NCBI GenBank assembly: GCA_963784355.1
Contig: CAWAQU010000010.1
Span: 1-64,000, forward strand
Source: an uncultured bacterium
GTDB lineage: Bacteria > Patescibacteriota > JACMRA01
Direction of reading: 5' to 3'
DNA length: 64,000 bases
Shown here: positions 53,631 to 63,786 of the stretch, in pieces
Layout: each line of letters starts with the position of its first letter
How positions within the stretch are numbered: the stretch's first letter is position 1
Notes under the pieces: generated by a model
What the model saw: only the letters and a program-made list of their open reading frames with translations
The model's database searches: none
Told to the model about the DNA's origin: nothing
Program-made: the position numbers and the translations under genes

Positions 53631-53638
53631 AATTTTGT

Positions 53639-53983
53639 ATGCAGACAATTGATGAAATTTTCGCAATTTTACCAGTCAAATTAATGGACTTAAAACAGTC
53701 TGTAAAGTCGGCCAGTGGAAAAACTGAAACTTATTCGGTTGTTTTATCAGGCTTGAAAGTATTTTTACAAGGTGATGATGGAGATTTGAGTGCTGGTTTG
53801 CTAGCTGGTACTAACTATACTGCTTTTATTTGCCAAAGCCAATTGGGAAATATCAAAATCAGTAATACAAACCAACTTGTAGAAAATAGCAACGAGTATG
53901 ATGTGATTGCTAGTTTACTTGAAGAAAGCAGTCCTCATATTGCCCCATTTTACCAACTAACCTTAGAAAAAAGAAATAAATAA
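53639..53983 (+). CDS. Head closure protein (putative)
   Basis: Position and size. Confidence 0.55.
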   Translation: MQTIDEIFAILPVKLMDLKQSVKSASGKTETYSVVLSGLKVFLQGDDGDLSAGLLAGTNYTAFICQSQLGNIKISNTNQLVENSNEYDVIASLLEESSPHIAPFYQLTLEKRNK

Positions 53984-54447
53984 TGTCTGACTTTTCTATA
54001 ACTACCAATGACCAAGTTTTTAAAGAGGTAAGTAGCTTTTTAAATAAAGGCGTGCTCGAGCCTGCAAAGAAAATAGTAAATAGGGTTGCTGGATATGCTG
54101 AGAATAGAATGGGCTTGAATGCCAGTAAAGATGTGTATTCATATGAGCCAAAGAAACCAACCTATAAAAGGACGGGACGGTTATTAGGAGGTAGGGGGTC
54201 ATCTCTAAGTGGGGGTATGCCTGTTAGAACTAATTTAGATAGTTTGGAGATAAAGCTAGAAGCCAATCCTAAATTAAAAGGTGCAAGTTTTAATTATGCA
54301 CCATATGTAAATGCTGGTACAGGTTGGATGAAAGGAGTTGGGAAAAGACCTTTTTTTGATAATACGGTTAAGGAAACTCAAGAAAAGGCACCAAATTTAG
54401 CAAGAGAAGAACTTGATGCATATATAAGTAAATCAATTTTCAAGTAA
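53983..54447 (+). CDS. HK97 gp10-like tail completion protein
   Basis: RTGRL, NYAPYVNAGT, KRPFF. Confidence 0.75.
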   Translation: MSDFSITTNDQVFKEVSSFLNKGVLEPAKKIVNRVAGYAENRMGLNASKDVYSYEPKKPTYKRTGRLLGGRGSSLSGGMPVRTNLDSLEIKLEANPKLKGASFNYAPYVNAGTGWMKGVGKRPFFDNTVKETQEKAPNLAREELDAYISKSIFK

Positions 54448-54448
54448 T

Positions 54449-54907
54449 ATGAATTATACACCAATACATAAAGCTGAATTTAAAAGAATCCTGAACACAA
54501 TTGAATGGGATGGGCAAACTTTTGCTATAAGGGAAGCTGCTGGGGATAAACATATATTTGTTAATAATGTAACTGAATTAGAGGCTTTACCAACTATAAT
54601 AATAAACCACACACGCTCCAAATCAATAATTCAAGATACTGCTTATAACTTACTGACAAGTACTTATAGAATAAGACTTTTAACAAAATATGCTGACAAT
54701 ACAATTGTTGCAGAAGAGGCACTTGAGGAGTTGGCCAGTTCAATTGTTGAAAAACTTAGTGATTTTCAGTTTGGGGATAATTCAACCTGGGAGCAGTTAA
54801 TGTTTACTGACGGGACTGAAGTACAGCAATACTCAGACAGTTACTTATATAAAGATATAAGCGTATCGGTAACAAACGAAGTTTTAAGAAAAAATAACTA
54901 TTTATAA
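54449..54907 (+). CDS. Tail terminator (putative)
   Basis: Position before the tail tube gene. Confidence 0.55.
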   Translation: MNYTPIHKAEFKRILNTIEWDGQTFAIREAAGDKHIFVNNVTELEALPTIIINHTRSKSIIQDTAYNLLTSTYRIRLLTKYADNTIVAEEALEELASSIVEKLSDFQFGDNSTWEQLMFTDGTEVQQYSDSYLYKDISVSVTNEVLRKNNYL

Positions 54908-54911
54908 TATT

Positions 54912-55136
54912 ATGGCTACAAAAAAACAATCAGCAGAACAGGAATCATATTTTAACCCATTTGTGGGTTCAATCACAGCAGCAAATCCAGAAACAGCTAC
55001 TAAAAAATTCAAAACCGCTTTGGAAGAGATTGATGAGGAAACTCAAAAAATAGTACCTGAAGAGGTAAGTGAAGAAAATAAAGTAGTAGAAACACCACAA
55101 GAAAATTTACAAACCCAAGAAACTAATAACACATAA
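54912..55136 (+). CDS. Small acidic hypothetical protein
   Basis: ORF track. Confidence 0.5.
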   Translation: MATKKQSAEQESYFNPFVGSITAANPETATKKFKTALEEIDEETQKIVPEEVSEENKVVETPQENLQTQETNNT

Positions 55137-55138
55137 TT

Positions 55139-56212
55139 ATGGCCAATCTAATATCACCAGAGCTAGGCTCACAACAATGGTTCGCAATCAAATTTGAATC
55201 TGTAAGAAATACCGCTGAATTAGTACCCAACATAGTACTAAAAGTCACAATGAATACTTTAAACGTCAATAAACCTAGGGAAATTGATGAAATACAATAC
55301 GGTACTAGAGACAACGTTTATGATGAATATACTCCTAAATCATCTGTTGAGGGTGAAGTAGAAGGCAAAATAAATATTAAAGACATTGGTTACTTTTTGA
55401 AAGGTGCTATTGGACAACCAACTTCAGTGCAAACTGCTACTACAGGTGCCTATACCCATACTTTTTTACCACAAAATCTAATTTCTGGATCTGCTTCAAC
55501 CCAGCTGCCTAGTTTTACAGCATTTTATCCTAATGCCAAAGCTGGTATTTATAAATCATACGGATGTGTTTTTGATGAATTGGAAATTGAAATTGGAGAA
55601 ACAGAGGCTAAAATTAAAGGAAAAATTAAAGCAATAGACCAGGTTAAAGTAACAAACGGAACTGAAATTACTAATATCAAAGCTGCAATTACTTACTCGG
55701 CCACAATTGATTTTAAGATGAAATTTTCACACCTCATTGCAAAATATGCGGCTACTACTTCTGGTTTAGCAGCAAGCACAAATTTCTTAGGTTTGAAAGC
55801 CAGTCTTAAGATTAGCATTAAAAATAATGTCGAGTTTGATTGGTCCAGCTCTGCAGTATCAGGAGCTCAACAACTCCCATTCGATACAATCGCTAAGCAA
55901 TTTAAAGCTTCAATTGATACAGGAGGATTGATAGTTAGAGACTCCACAATTCTTGACTTCTTTTTGGCTGACACATTCCAAGCTTACGAGTTCACTTTAG
56001 ACTCTCAAGGTGGGGGTGGTGCTGTCATTGGAACCTCATCTCTTTATCCATTAATTAGAGTAAGAGTGTCCAAAGCTCTATTAGTTGCAGACATAGATAG
56101 ACCTTTAGATGATGTTTTAGCATATAATCTTTCAATACCTAATTTAGTAAACAGTGCAACTGACGGGTGGAGTTTCCAAGTAGTAGTTCAAAATAATGTA
56201 GTTTCTTATTAA
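55139..56212 (+). CDS. Major tail tube protein
   Basis: GAYTHTF, LPSFT, YGCVFDELEI, final VVQN..SY. Confidence 0.8.
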   Translation: MANLISPELGSQQWFAIKFESVRNTAELVPNIVLKVTMNTLNVNKPREIDEIQYGTRDNVYDEYTPKSSVEGEVEGKINIKDIGYFLKGAIGQPTSVQTATTGAYTHTFLPQNLISGSASTQLPSFTAFYPNAKAGIYKSYGCVFDELEIEIGETEAKIKGKIKAIDQVKVTNGTEITNIKAAITYSATIDFKMKFSHLIAKYAATTSGLAASTNFLGLKASLKISIKNNVEFDWSSSAVSGAQQLPFDTIAKQFKASIDTGGLIVRDSTILDFFLADTFQAYEFTLDSQGGGGAVIGTSSLYPLIRVRVSKALLVADIDRPLDDVLAYNLSIPNLVNSATDGWSFQVVVQNNVVSY

Positions 56213-56233
56213 TAACTAAAAATTTATATATTT

Positions 56234-56981
56234 ATGACTTTTCCAGAAGATCAACTAAAACCAGTCCAAACAAACCAAGCAATGGAATTTAACCAAGGCA
56301 CAATAACCTTGCAGCAAATAATGCAGGCCACACAAACCAGTGAAATTTTAAGCACTGATGAGGTTAAAACTAGAGAAGGTATTTCATTATTTTTCAACCC
56401 TAGCCTGAAAATTTCCCACAAGCAAAAAAAAGTTCTAACCTGTAAAATTTTTGAAAATACGGGAATGAAAATTGTAGGTGAGGATCAGACTTTCGAGTAC
56501 CCTGAGCAGCTCATTACTAACATATCAAATCAATCAGAAATGTTAGTTGCTATGTATTGGAATAGTGAGGAATTTTGGAGGACTGGTGGTGCGAGGGGTA
56601 ATTATTGGGAGACTAGACCAGCTGAAAGTATGGAGGCGGATATTGTAGAATTTATGTTTGAGCAGGTACAAAACAGGGTCGATCCATTAAAGTCAAAAGC
56701 TTTGAAAGAAAAAGCCAATAAAGCAAATGAATAGGGTTAATGTAATAGCATTTTGCTATGAATTAGGTTGGAAAGGGGAAAGTAATATACCACTTACAAC
56801 TGCCGAATCTCAAGAAATTAAACAAATACTTTTATCCAAAGATAATTTTACATACACCGAATTGGATAATTTAGACGCTGAAACTGTAGAGCTTATATAC
56901 GATGTTATAAATTCATATAGCAAGGGGCAGGATTTTAAAGCTAAAAATGAAAAGAAAAATTATGAACCCAGCAGAACTTAA
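56234..56981 (+). CDS. Two tail assembly chaperone genes (56234-56734, 56727-56981)
   Basis: Located between the tail tube and tape measure genes. Confidence 0.6.
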
Positions 56982-59724
56982 ACTTGTAATTTCGGCCAAA
57001 GAGTTCGCCACTTCTGTAATGGGTAAAGTTGCTGCAGCAGTTGAGCAAGTTAATTCTAAGACTAAAAGCCTTCAAAAAGAGGGCTTGAAGTTTGTAAATG
57101 AGGGGTTTGCTCAAATGGGCGAAATGGCAAAGGTGGCCGCTGTTGGAGTAGGAATTGCTGCGGTGGCTTTAATTGGGTATGGGGCTAAAGTTGCAATAAG
57201 CTATGAGCAACAACTTTCTGCAATTAGCTCACTAACTGGAGCGTCCAAAGACCAAATGGGCCAGATTTCAAGTTTAGCAATGGACTTGGGGGCTAAGACT
57301 AAATTTTCAGCATTAGAAGCTGCTCAGGGTGCAGAAGAACTTTTAAAAGCAGGTGTAAATCTAACTCAAGTAATGGCTGGTGGTTTGGCTGGTGCTTTAG
57401 ACCTTGCTGCTGCTGGTGGTGTTTCAGTAGCTGAAGCAGCTGAGCTTGCAAGTACAGCATTAAATGCATTTAAAAAAGACAATTTATCAGTTAGTCAGGC
57501 AGCGGATATTTTGGCTGGGGCTTCAAATGCAAGTGCCACAAATATAAACGAGCTTAGGTTTGCTTTACAGATGAGTAGTGCGGTTGCAGCTGGAGTTGGA
57601 TTAAGTTTTAAAGATACCTCAACAGCTCTGGCCACTTTTGCACAAAATGGGTTGAAAGGTTCTGACGCTGGTACCTCACTTAAAACAATGTTACTAAATT
57701 TACAGCCAGTAACCAAAGCCCAAAGGGGTTTATTTAATGATTTGGGGCTAAGTAATTATAATACTGCACAAGCATTTAAATTTTTAAGTGAAAAAGGTTT
57801 TAAACCTGCAGGAAATGATATTAGTTCGGTTAATAGGGCTTTAATACAATATACCCGCACACAAACCACTGCGAAAATGGACTCAAAAGCATTTGGAAAA
57901 GAGCTTGAGGAGCAACAGTATAAAGTAGGTTTAATCAGCAATGCATTTTTTACTGCTGAGGGAAAGGTTAAAGACTTAGCTTCTATTTCGGGAATACTAA
58001 AAGAAAAATTGGGAGGATTGACTGACCAGCAAAGGCTTTTAGCATTAGAAACAATGTTTGGTACTGATGCAATCCGTGCAGCGAATATTTTATTCAAAGA
58101 AGGTTCGGAAGGTATTAAAGAAATGGCAGGGGAGATGAGTAAATTCACTGCAGCAGACGTGGCAAAAGAAAAAACTAATAATTTAGCTGGTGCCTTTGAA
58201 AGGTTGAAAGGGTCATTTGATACCAAAATGATTCAGGTATTTTCAGAGCCTTTGCCTAGGCTAGCTGGGTTAATGGATCAACTTGGAAATAAGATTGACT
58301 CACTTGATTTGGTTGGGCTGACAAATGGTTTTGTAGGTGCGATAGAATCTGCTGTAAAATTTTCTAAATGGGTACAAGATAATAAAGATATGATAATAAT
58401 GGCTTTAGTTATAATTACTGGAGCTTTTACAGGTTTAGCAATTGCTACTGCATATTTCAATTTAATTACGGCTGCTGCTGCAGTCCAAGGCATAACATTT
58501 GCCGCTGCTCTATCGGCGGGGTTAGTACCCGCATTATCAGCTGTTGCTACAGCTGCTTGGGTTGCAATGGCTTCATTTTTACCTTTTATTTTAATTGGCG
58601 CTGCCTTAGCACTTGCGATTTATCTCTTAGTAAAAAACTGGGATTTTCTTGTAGTAAAATTTGGTGAAGGTTCCATAATGCTTCAAGCACTTTTAGCTTC
58701 TCTAGGTGCAAAATTTATTGAATGGGTAGAATCTGTAAAGATATGGTTAAATGAAGTTGTTACCGTAATCAGTACAATCTTGAATAATATTTCGGGAATT
58801 ATTCATTACTATCTTTCAATGTACACCAATTTATGGAGTATGATTTGGCAATCAATAGTTGCCCTAACAGCTGCAGTATTTCTGACTTTAGTTGGATTAT
58901 TTACAGGCAATGGTGAGCTTATAAATCAAGCATGGGCAGGATTTGGAAATACATTAGGCCAAATCTGGAGTGGAGTCACTAGTTTTATTGTTAATACTGC
59001 AAACTTACTTTGGGCCTCACTTGTAGGTGCAGCTACGGCGGCAGGCAATCATTTGATTAATGTTACAAAGGCCAAATGGGACTTTATAGTGGGTATTTTT
59101 AACTTTGGTGTTAGCTCTGTAATTAGAATTGCCCAGTCATTGCCAGGAGTTTTGGGTGGTATTTGGGAAAATATAGTTAATAGTACAAAAAACTCTGGTA
59201 ACCAAATCGGTGATTCTACTAAAAATACTGGTAATAGAATTAAGGATGGTATAATGGACGGTATAAATTTCATTAAAAATATAGATTATGGTGCGGTAGG
59301 TAGAAATATAATGGATGGAATGGCTAATGGTGTAAAAAATGCCGCTGGCCGCCTAGTTGATTCTGTAAAAGGTGCGGCCAATGATGCAATTCAGGAAGCT
59401 AAAAATGTACTGGGAATTAAATCACCTTCTAGGGTTTTCATGGAGATTGGTAAAAATACGGTACAGGGTTTTGTAAAAGGGGTTGATGAAGAAAAGCCTA
59501 CGGTGAAGGAGAGTACAAAAGATATGGCTGGGTCGGCTACTGATGAATTTAATCGCGACGGGTCTAAACCTAAACCAAAGCCAGAAGGTGGCTCAGGAGG
59601 AAATAATTATTACTCAATCCATATTACTGGCGGCAATACTGACGAAATTGTAGACAAAGTAATACGTTATATAACAAAAAATAATCGTGATACTTCGCTT
59701 GGAATGAATAACGCTTATACATAG
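56947..59724 (+). CDS. Tape measure protein (TP901 family); likely start at 56962
   Basis: TKFSALEAAQG..L, GLKGSDAGTSLKTML, FGTDAIRAA, Trp-spaced repeats, LGIKSPSRVF. Confidence 0.95.
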   Translation: MKRKIMNPAELKLVISAKEFATSVMGKVAAAVEQVNSKTKSLQKEGLKFVNEGFAQMGEMAKVAAVGVGIAAVALIGYGAKVAISYEQQLSAISSLTGASKDQMGQISSLAMDLGAKTKFSALEAAQGAEELLKAGVNLTQVMAGGLAGALDLAAAGGVSVAEAAELASTALNAFKKDNLSVSQAADILAGASNASATNINELRFALQMSSAVAAGVGLSFKDTSTALATFAQNGLKGSDAGTSLKTMLLNLQPVTKAQRGLFNDLGLSNYNTAQAFKFLSEKGFKPAGNDISSVNRALIQYTRTQTTAKMDSKAFGKELEEQQYKVGLISNAFFTAEGKVKDLASISGILKEKLGGLTDQQRLLALETMFGTDAIRAANILFKEGSEGIKEMAGEMSKFTAADVAKEKTNNLAGAFERLKGSFDTKMIQVFSEPLPRLAGLMDQLGNKIDSLDLVGLTNGFVGAIESAVKFSKWVQDNKDMIIMALVIITGAFTGLAIATAYFNLITAAAAVQGITFAAALSAGLVPALSAVATAAWVAMASFLPFILIGAALALAIYLLVKNWDFLVVKFGEGSIMLQALLASLGAKFIEWVESVKIWLNEVVTVISTILNNISGIIHYYLSMYTNLWSMIWQSIVALTAAVFLTLVGLFTGNGELINQAWAGFGNTLGQIWSGVTSFIVNTANLLWASLVGAATAAGNHLINVTKAKWDFIVGIFNFGVSSVIRIAQSLPGVLGGIWENIVNSTKNSGNQIGDSTKNTGNRIKDGIMDGINFIKNIDYGAVGRNIMDGMANGVKNAAGRLVDSVKGAANDAIQEAKNVLGIKSPSRVFMEIGKNTVQGFVKGVDEEKPTVKESTKDMAGSATDEFNRDGSKPKPKPEGGSGGNNYYSIHITGGNTDEIVDKVIRYITKNNRDTSLGMNNAYT

Positions 59725-59726
59725 TT

Positions 59727-61583
59727 ATGCCCTTAATATCTGCACATTTAAAAGACCAGTGGCCGATTTATATTTACGGCAACAATATTATTCAAAATAG
59801 TAAATATTTTGTTGGAACACACCCACGTTCTTCAACCCCATATGATATACAGCGGACACCAATTGCAAGAGGTGACGGGTCAACCGTAGTAAATCAAAAA
59901 CCCTTGGAAAAGCAATTTGAACTACTCTGCCAAATCTACTCTGACAATTCAAAAACAAATTATAAGTTAAATACTCAAAAAATACTGGAGGATTTTAAAC
60001 GAATAATGTCTTTTCCAGACAGATATTTTAGGGTAATGCCTTATGGCAGCTATGCTATTATAAATAACCCGAAAAGTATTTCAGGTTGGTCAGTTAGTGA
60101 CGACGGAGTAAACCTAGGATTGGATACAGATGATTTTGCTTTAGACACTGCAAGTATTAAGTTTGATTCTACGGTAAGTAATAGTACAAATCATTCTGTA
60201 ACCTTAAGCACGACTACAAATACAGCAGTAAATTTATCAGCTACTTTGAACTCTACAAATAATAGCTTGTTTTTACCCCAATGGGAAATTCCAATTTCAA
60301 ATCCTGACGAGACTGAAATTGTAAGTATTGATTTTAAGATTGGGTCAAGTTCTAGTAATTATTATGAGAAAACAGGAATCACGAAGAATTATGAAAATAA
60401 AAACTTGGAACAACTATGGAATTATTTATCTATTCCCCACTCTAGCATGACTCAGGTTGGTACTCCAAACAATGCAGCTTTAGGTAGTTATATTTCTATA
60501 AAATTTAATTATAACTCAACAGCTCCAAATCTGACAGGCTTTAAATTTGGGGGGTTGCTTTTAACCAGAGATGCTGATGTTAGAAATTATAGATGTTATA
60601 GAGTTGGAGATATTGAAGTGGAAAGTAAACCTCGCCGTGATGTGGCCGTAGAGTTGACTTTAAAGTTACTAAATTACACTGGCTACGCTGAAGGTACTCA
60701 GAACGAAACACTATTTACTGCCAATGGAGTTACAAGTCTGTCAGATACAAAAATAATAACTTTAAATGGTAATAGAGATTTGTTACCAGTACTTAACTTG
60801 AAACTAAATTCAGTTACTAATTTAAACCAGCTGAAACTAAGTAATATAAACAATAATCAGTTTATTTTTTTTGCTAACACTTGGGCTGCTAATGATAGTC
60901 TTGTAATAGACAACCTAAACAAATCTGTAACAAGAAACGGGCAAGCACAAGATTTTACTAATGGGAAATTACCAAGTTTCAACCCTGGCCGAAACAAAGT
61001 CAAATTGGAAGTTATTCAGTCTAACAATACAGTACTTTCGTATTTCGCTTATGATGCAGAAAGTGAATACGATAGTTTAGGTTTAAGTATCAACAGGATA
61101 GCTCAGTCTTTTGTGGCTCCAATAACAGGAACTTTGACTCAAATAAAATTAGTAACAAGAGGTGGTAATTTGGGAAAAGATTCAACTAATTATGCATATA
61201 TTGCATCAAACAATTCGGGTAACCCTTCAGATTATACAGGTTATTTAACATCGGCCCTGGCTTTTAATAGTTCTGCTGATGGCACCTCTATTGTTACAAA
61301 TACAATAGACCTAAATTTAGCTGTTACCAGTGGCACAACATATTGGATCGTATTAACTGGGCAAACTGTCTCTGACGGCAACGGCAATATTGTAGAACAA
61401 GGAGGTCCAGGATGTATTTGGAAAAGGAACTCAGCAGGTCCATATTCAAGCGGTTCGGCTAAAAGCCAAGCAGGGTTTACTTGGTCAAATGTAACTGGTG
61501 ATTTTGCCTTTGAAACTACCTTTGCACAAGCTCCCTCAACAAATATTGATTGGAATGTTCAGTATAAAAGACTTTATAATTAA
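59727..61583 (+). CDS. Distal tail (Dit-like) protein with inserted carbohydrate-binding-type domains
   Basis: Follows TMP; IARGDGS N-terminus, LVIDN..V..NG..PG.N; AQSF insert. Confidence 0.7.
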   Translation: MPLISAHLKDQWPIYIYGNNIIQNSKYFVGTHPRSSTPYDIQRTPIARGDGSTVVNQKPLEKQFELLCQIYSDNSKTNYKLNTQKILEDFKRIMSFPDRYFRVMPYGSYAIINNPKSISGWSVSDDGVNLGLDTDDFALDTASIKFDSTVSNSTNHSVTLSTTTNTAVNLSATLNSTNNSLFLPQWEIPISNPDETEIVSIDFKIGSSSSNYYEKTGITKNYENKNLEQLWNYLSIPHSSMTQVGTPNNAALGSYISIKFNYNSTAPNLTGFKFGGLLLTRDADVRNYRCYRVGDIEVESKPRRDVAVELTLKLLNYTGYAEGTQNETLFTANGVTSLSDTKIITLNGNRDLLPVLNLKLNSVTNLNQLKLSNINNNQFIFFANTWAANDSLVIDNLNKSVTRNGQAQDFTNGKLPSFNPGRNKVKLEVIQSNNTVLSYFAYDAESEYDSLGLSINRIAQSFVAPITGTLTQIKLVTRGGNLGKDSTNYAYIASNNSGNPSDYTGYLTSALAFNSSADGTSIVTNTIDLNLAVTSGTTYWIVLTGQTVSDGNGNIVEQGGPGCIWKRNSAGPYSSGSAKSQAGFTWSNVTGDFAFETTFAQAPSTNIDWNVQYKRLYN

Positions 61584-61588
61584 ATTTT

Positions 61589-63385
61589 ATGGCTGGCCAA
61601 AAAGAGGTGTATATAAAAGTATATAAAGATGAGATTGATAATGCTTCAAGCTTAAAACTTGATGGAAGTAATGATTGGGTAAGTTTGCCAAACCTAGGCT
61701 TGAGTGGTAATCCAAGTTTTACTATTGAAATGTGGTTTCGGCCAGATTCATTTTCAGGAACGGGAATTTTATATTTTCAGGGTACAGAAACATACAATAA
61801 TGCAATAGGTATTTCAGTAAATAGTGCTAACATAATGAATTTCTTTTTTTGGGCCAATGATTTTAATATGCCAGTATCTCTTAGTGCTGGGGTCTGGTAC
61901 CATATCGCATTTTCATGGGATGGATCAAATAGAAAGGTTTATTTAAATGGTACAGACATAACTAATTTTGGAAGCCAATCAGGTACTTTCGCAACTCCAA
62001 ACGTTAGCAATTCTAATTGTAGGTTTGGAGTTAGAATGGGCCAAGAATATTTTAATGGGGCTATTGATGAAGCTAGAATTTGGAACGTGGCCAGAACTCA
62101 GACACAAATACAGTCAAGCTTAAACCGTCGCTTGGTTGGTAATGAATCAGGCTTAATTGCTTATTATAGATTAGATGACAATACAGGTACTACTGCAATT
62201 GACAGCAGTAGCAATGGTAAAAATGGCACCTTAACGAACGGGCCAACATGGGTTACAAATAATTATGCTCCTATTACAAAAAATGTTTATAAAGGTTTTT
62301 TCTACGACTTTGGTATTAGCTCTTTTAGCAGTTCTCTTAATGGCGGATTGGGCAGTTTAACTTTGACCATACCTAGAAAATTTGATGATTTTGGGGAGGG
62401 GAGTATTATTGACTTCAATAATGAAGTGCGGGTCTTTGCATATGATCAAGAAGCAGCACAAGGTGTACAGATTTATACAGGATATATTTTAAGTTACACT
62501 CCTGCAGCAAGTAACGAAGAAGTAGTAACTGTTGAAGTTGCTGGCTATATTAGCAGACTTGAACGTGATGTCTATAAAGACAATTCTGGAAATTATAAAA
62601 AGACTTATAGTAGTACTGAAATTGGTGCTCTAATGAAAGATATAATTGATAGATTTAAACAATTTAATCCAGCAGCTTCAGTAAATTATTCAAGCACTAG
62701 CATTACAAGTACTGGTAAAAATGGAAGAGTTACATTAAACAATAATTCATACCTTGATGCTCTTAGAGATACTTTTGAATTAACTAATTCTGACTGGTAT
62801 TGGTATTTAGATAGTGATAATCTTGTATATTTACGACAAATTTTAAGCACTCCAACTCATCTTTTTATGTTTGGAAGGGATATAATAGATATTGAGTTTG
62901 ATAAAAGTATTGCTCAAACAGTTAATGGTCTACTTTTTTGGAATGGTTTGCCAAGCTCTGATCCAAATTATATAGCAAAATATTACTCTGATAATACAAG
63001 TCAACAATCTTACGGCAGATTAATTGAAGTAAAAAGTGATAATAGGTACAGAGATATTAATAGTGCCAATGATTTTGCAGCCAGATATTTGGCTAACCAC
63101 AAAAATCCATTTAACACGGTAGTGTTAGAAATAGCAGACTCAAACTTTGGACTTGGCTATGATATTGAATCAATTAAACCTGGTCACACTTGTAAAATTA
63201 GAAACATAGCAGCAAATAATGCCCTAAGTGGCAATATGTTAATTACTAGTGTTGAGTATAAATTTACAAGTGTGAAAATTGTGGTGGCCGATGTTAGAAC
63301 ATTTATTGAAAGATCTATATTTGAATTAAGCAAAAAACAGCAAGAGAATAAATACCAAACTGATGGGCCTAATTCGTATGCTTAG
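61589..63385 (+). CDS. Tail hub/baseplate (Tal-like) protein with LamG insertion
   Basis: FTIEMW, WYHIAFSWDG, GAIDEARIWN, LIAYYRLD, followed by a hub-like region. Confidence 0.75.
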   Translation: MAGQKEVYIKVYKDEIDNASSLKLDGSNDWVSLPNLGLSGNPSFTIEMWFRPDSFSGTGILYFQGTETYNNAIGISVNSANIMNFFFWANDFNMPVSLSAGVWYHIAFSWDGSNRKVYLNGTDITNFGSQSGTFATPNVSNSNCRFGVRMGQEYFNGAIDEARIWNVARTQTQIQSSLNRRLVGNESGLIAYYRLDDNTGTTAIDSSSNGKNGTLTNGPTWVTNNYAPITKNVYKGFFYDFGISSFSSSLNGGLGSLTLTIPRKFDDFGEGSIIDFNNEVRVFAYDQEAAQGVQIYTGYILSYTPAASNEEVVTVEVAGYISRLERDVYKDNSGNYKKTYSSTEIGALMKDIIDRFKQFNPAASVNYSSTSITSTGKNGRVTLNNNSYLDALRDTFELTNSDWYWYLDSDNLVYLRQILSTPTHLFMFGRDIIDIEFDKSIAQTVNGLLFWNGLPSSDPNYIAKYYSDNTSQQSYGRLIEVKSDNRYRDINSANDFAARYLANHKNPFNTVVLEIADSNFGLGYDIESIKPGHTCKIRNIAANNALSGNMLITSVEYKFTSVKIVVADVRTFIERSIFELSKKQQENKYQTDGPNSYA

Positions 63386-63674
63386 AAAATAGTGAGTCTA
63401 AGTACATTGCTAAAAATATAAAGAGTGCGGCTATCGCTAAAAATGCATATATTCCACCAGCTCCACCAGTCCTGACTGTATGTTGTGGAATTGGTAAAGG
63501 TTTGTGCTGCTCAATGATTTGTGTGGTTGTAGAGGTAGTTGCGGTAATTGGTTTTGGTTTTTCTTCATTATTTGTAACGGTTGGCCTTTGTAGACATGTT
63601 GGTCTCACGTAATCTGGTCCTTTCAGATCAGCCGTGTAAATTAATTCGTCGCAGTAGTATGTTGTTTGATTCAT
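63369..63674 (-). CDS. Small C-terminally anchored membrane protein (moron)
   Basis: Thr/Pro-rich stalk, TVRTGG, TM helix. Confidence 0.6.
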   Translation of the reverse strand: MNQTTYYCDELIYTADLKGPDYVRPTCLQRPTVTNNEEKPKPITATTSTTTQIIEQHKPLPIPQHTVRTGGAGGIYAFLAIAALFIFLAMYLDSLFSKHTN

Positions 63675-63777
63675 AATATATATAATTAGTTGATTTAAAA
63701 TTAGTTATTCATAGAAAAATGCTAGCCTATATAGCTAGCATAATGTTCATGCAGGTGTTCTAAAATGAGGGCTTCTA

Positions 63778-63786
63778 GTCCACCAT
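63778..63786 (+). repeat. attR core GTCCACCAT
   Basis: Matches the tRNA-Ala 3' end and follows the last phage gene. Confidence 0.75.

Larger units (their letters stand above)
25662..63786. mobile_element. Apparently complete temperate siphovirus-like prophage (~38.1 kb)
   Basis: Integrase abuts the tRNA; early, replication, packaging, head and tail modules are present; GTCCACCAT direct repeats at both ends. Confidence 0.9.

Noticed and set aside
56690-56740. Classical tail-chaperone -1 frameshift
   Set aside because: The second ORF has its own ATG and is in the +1 frame; no clear slippery heptamer
57495-59273. Minus-strand ORFs inside the tape measure gene, and similar short antisense ORFs elsewhere
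   Set aside because: Antisense shadows of well-supported genes
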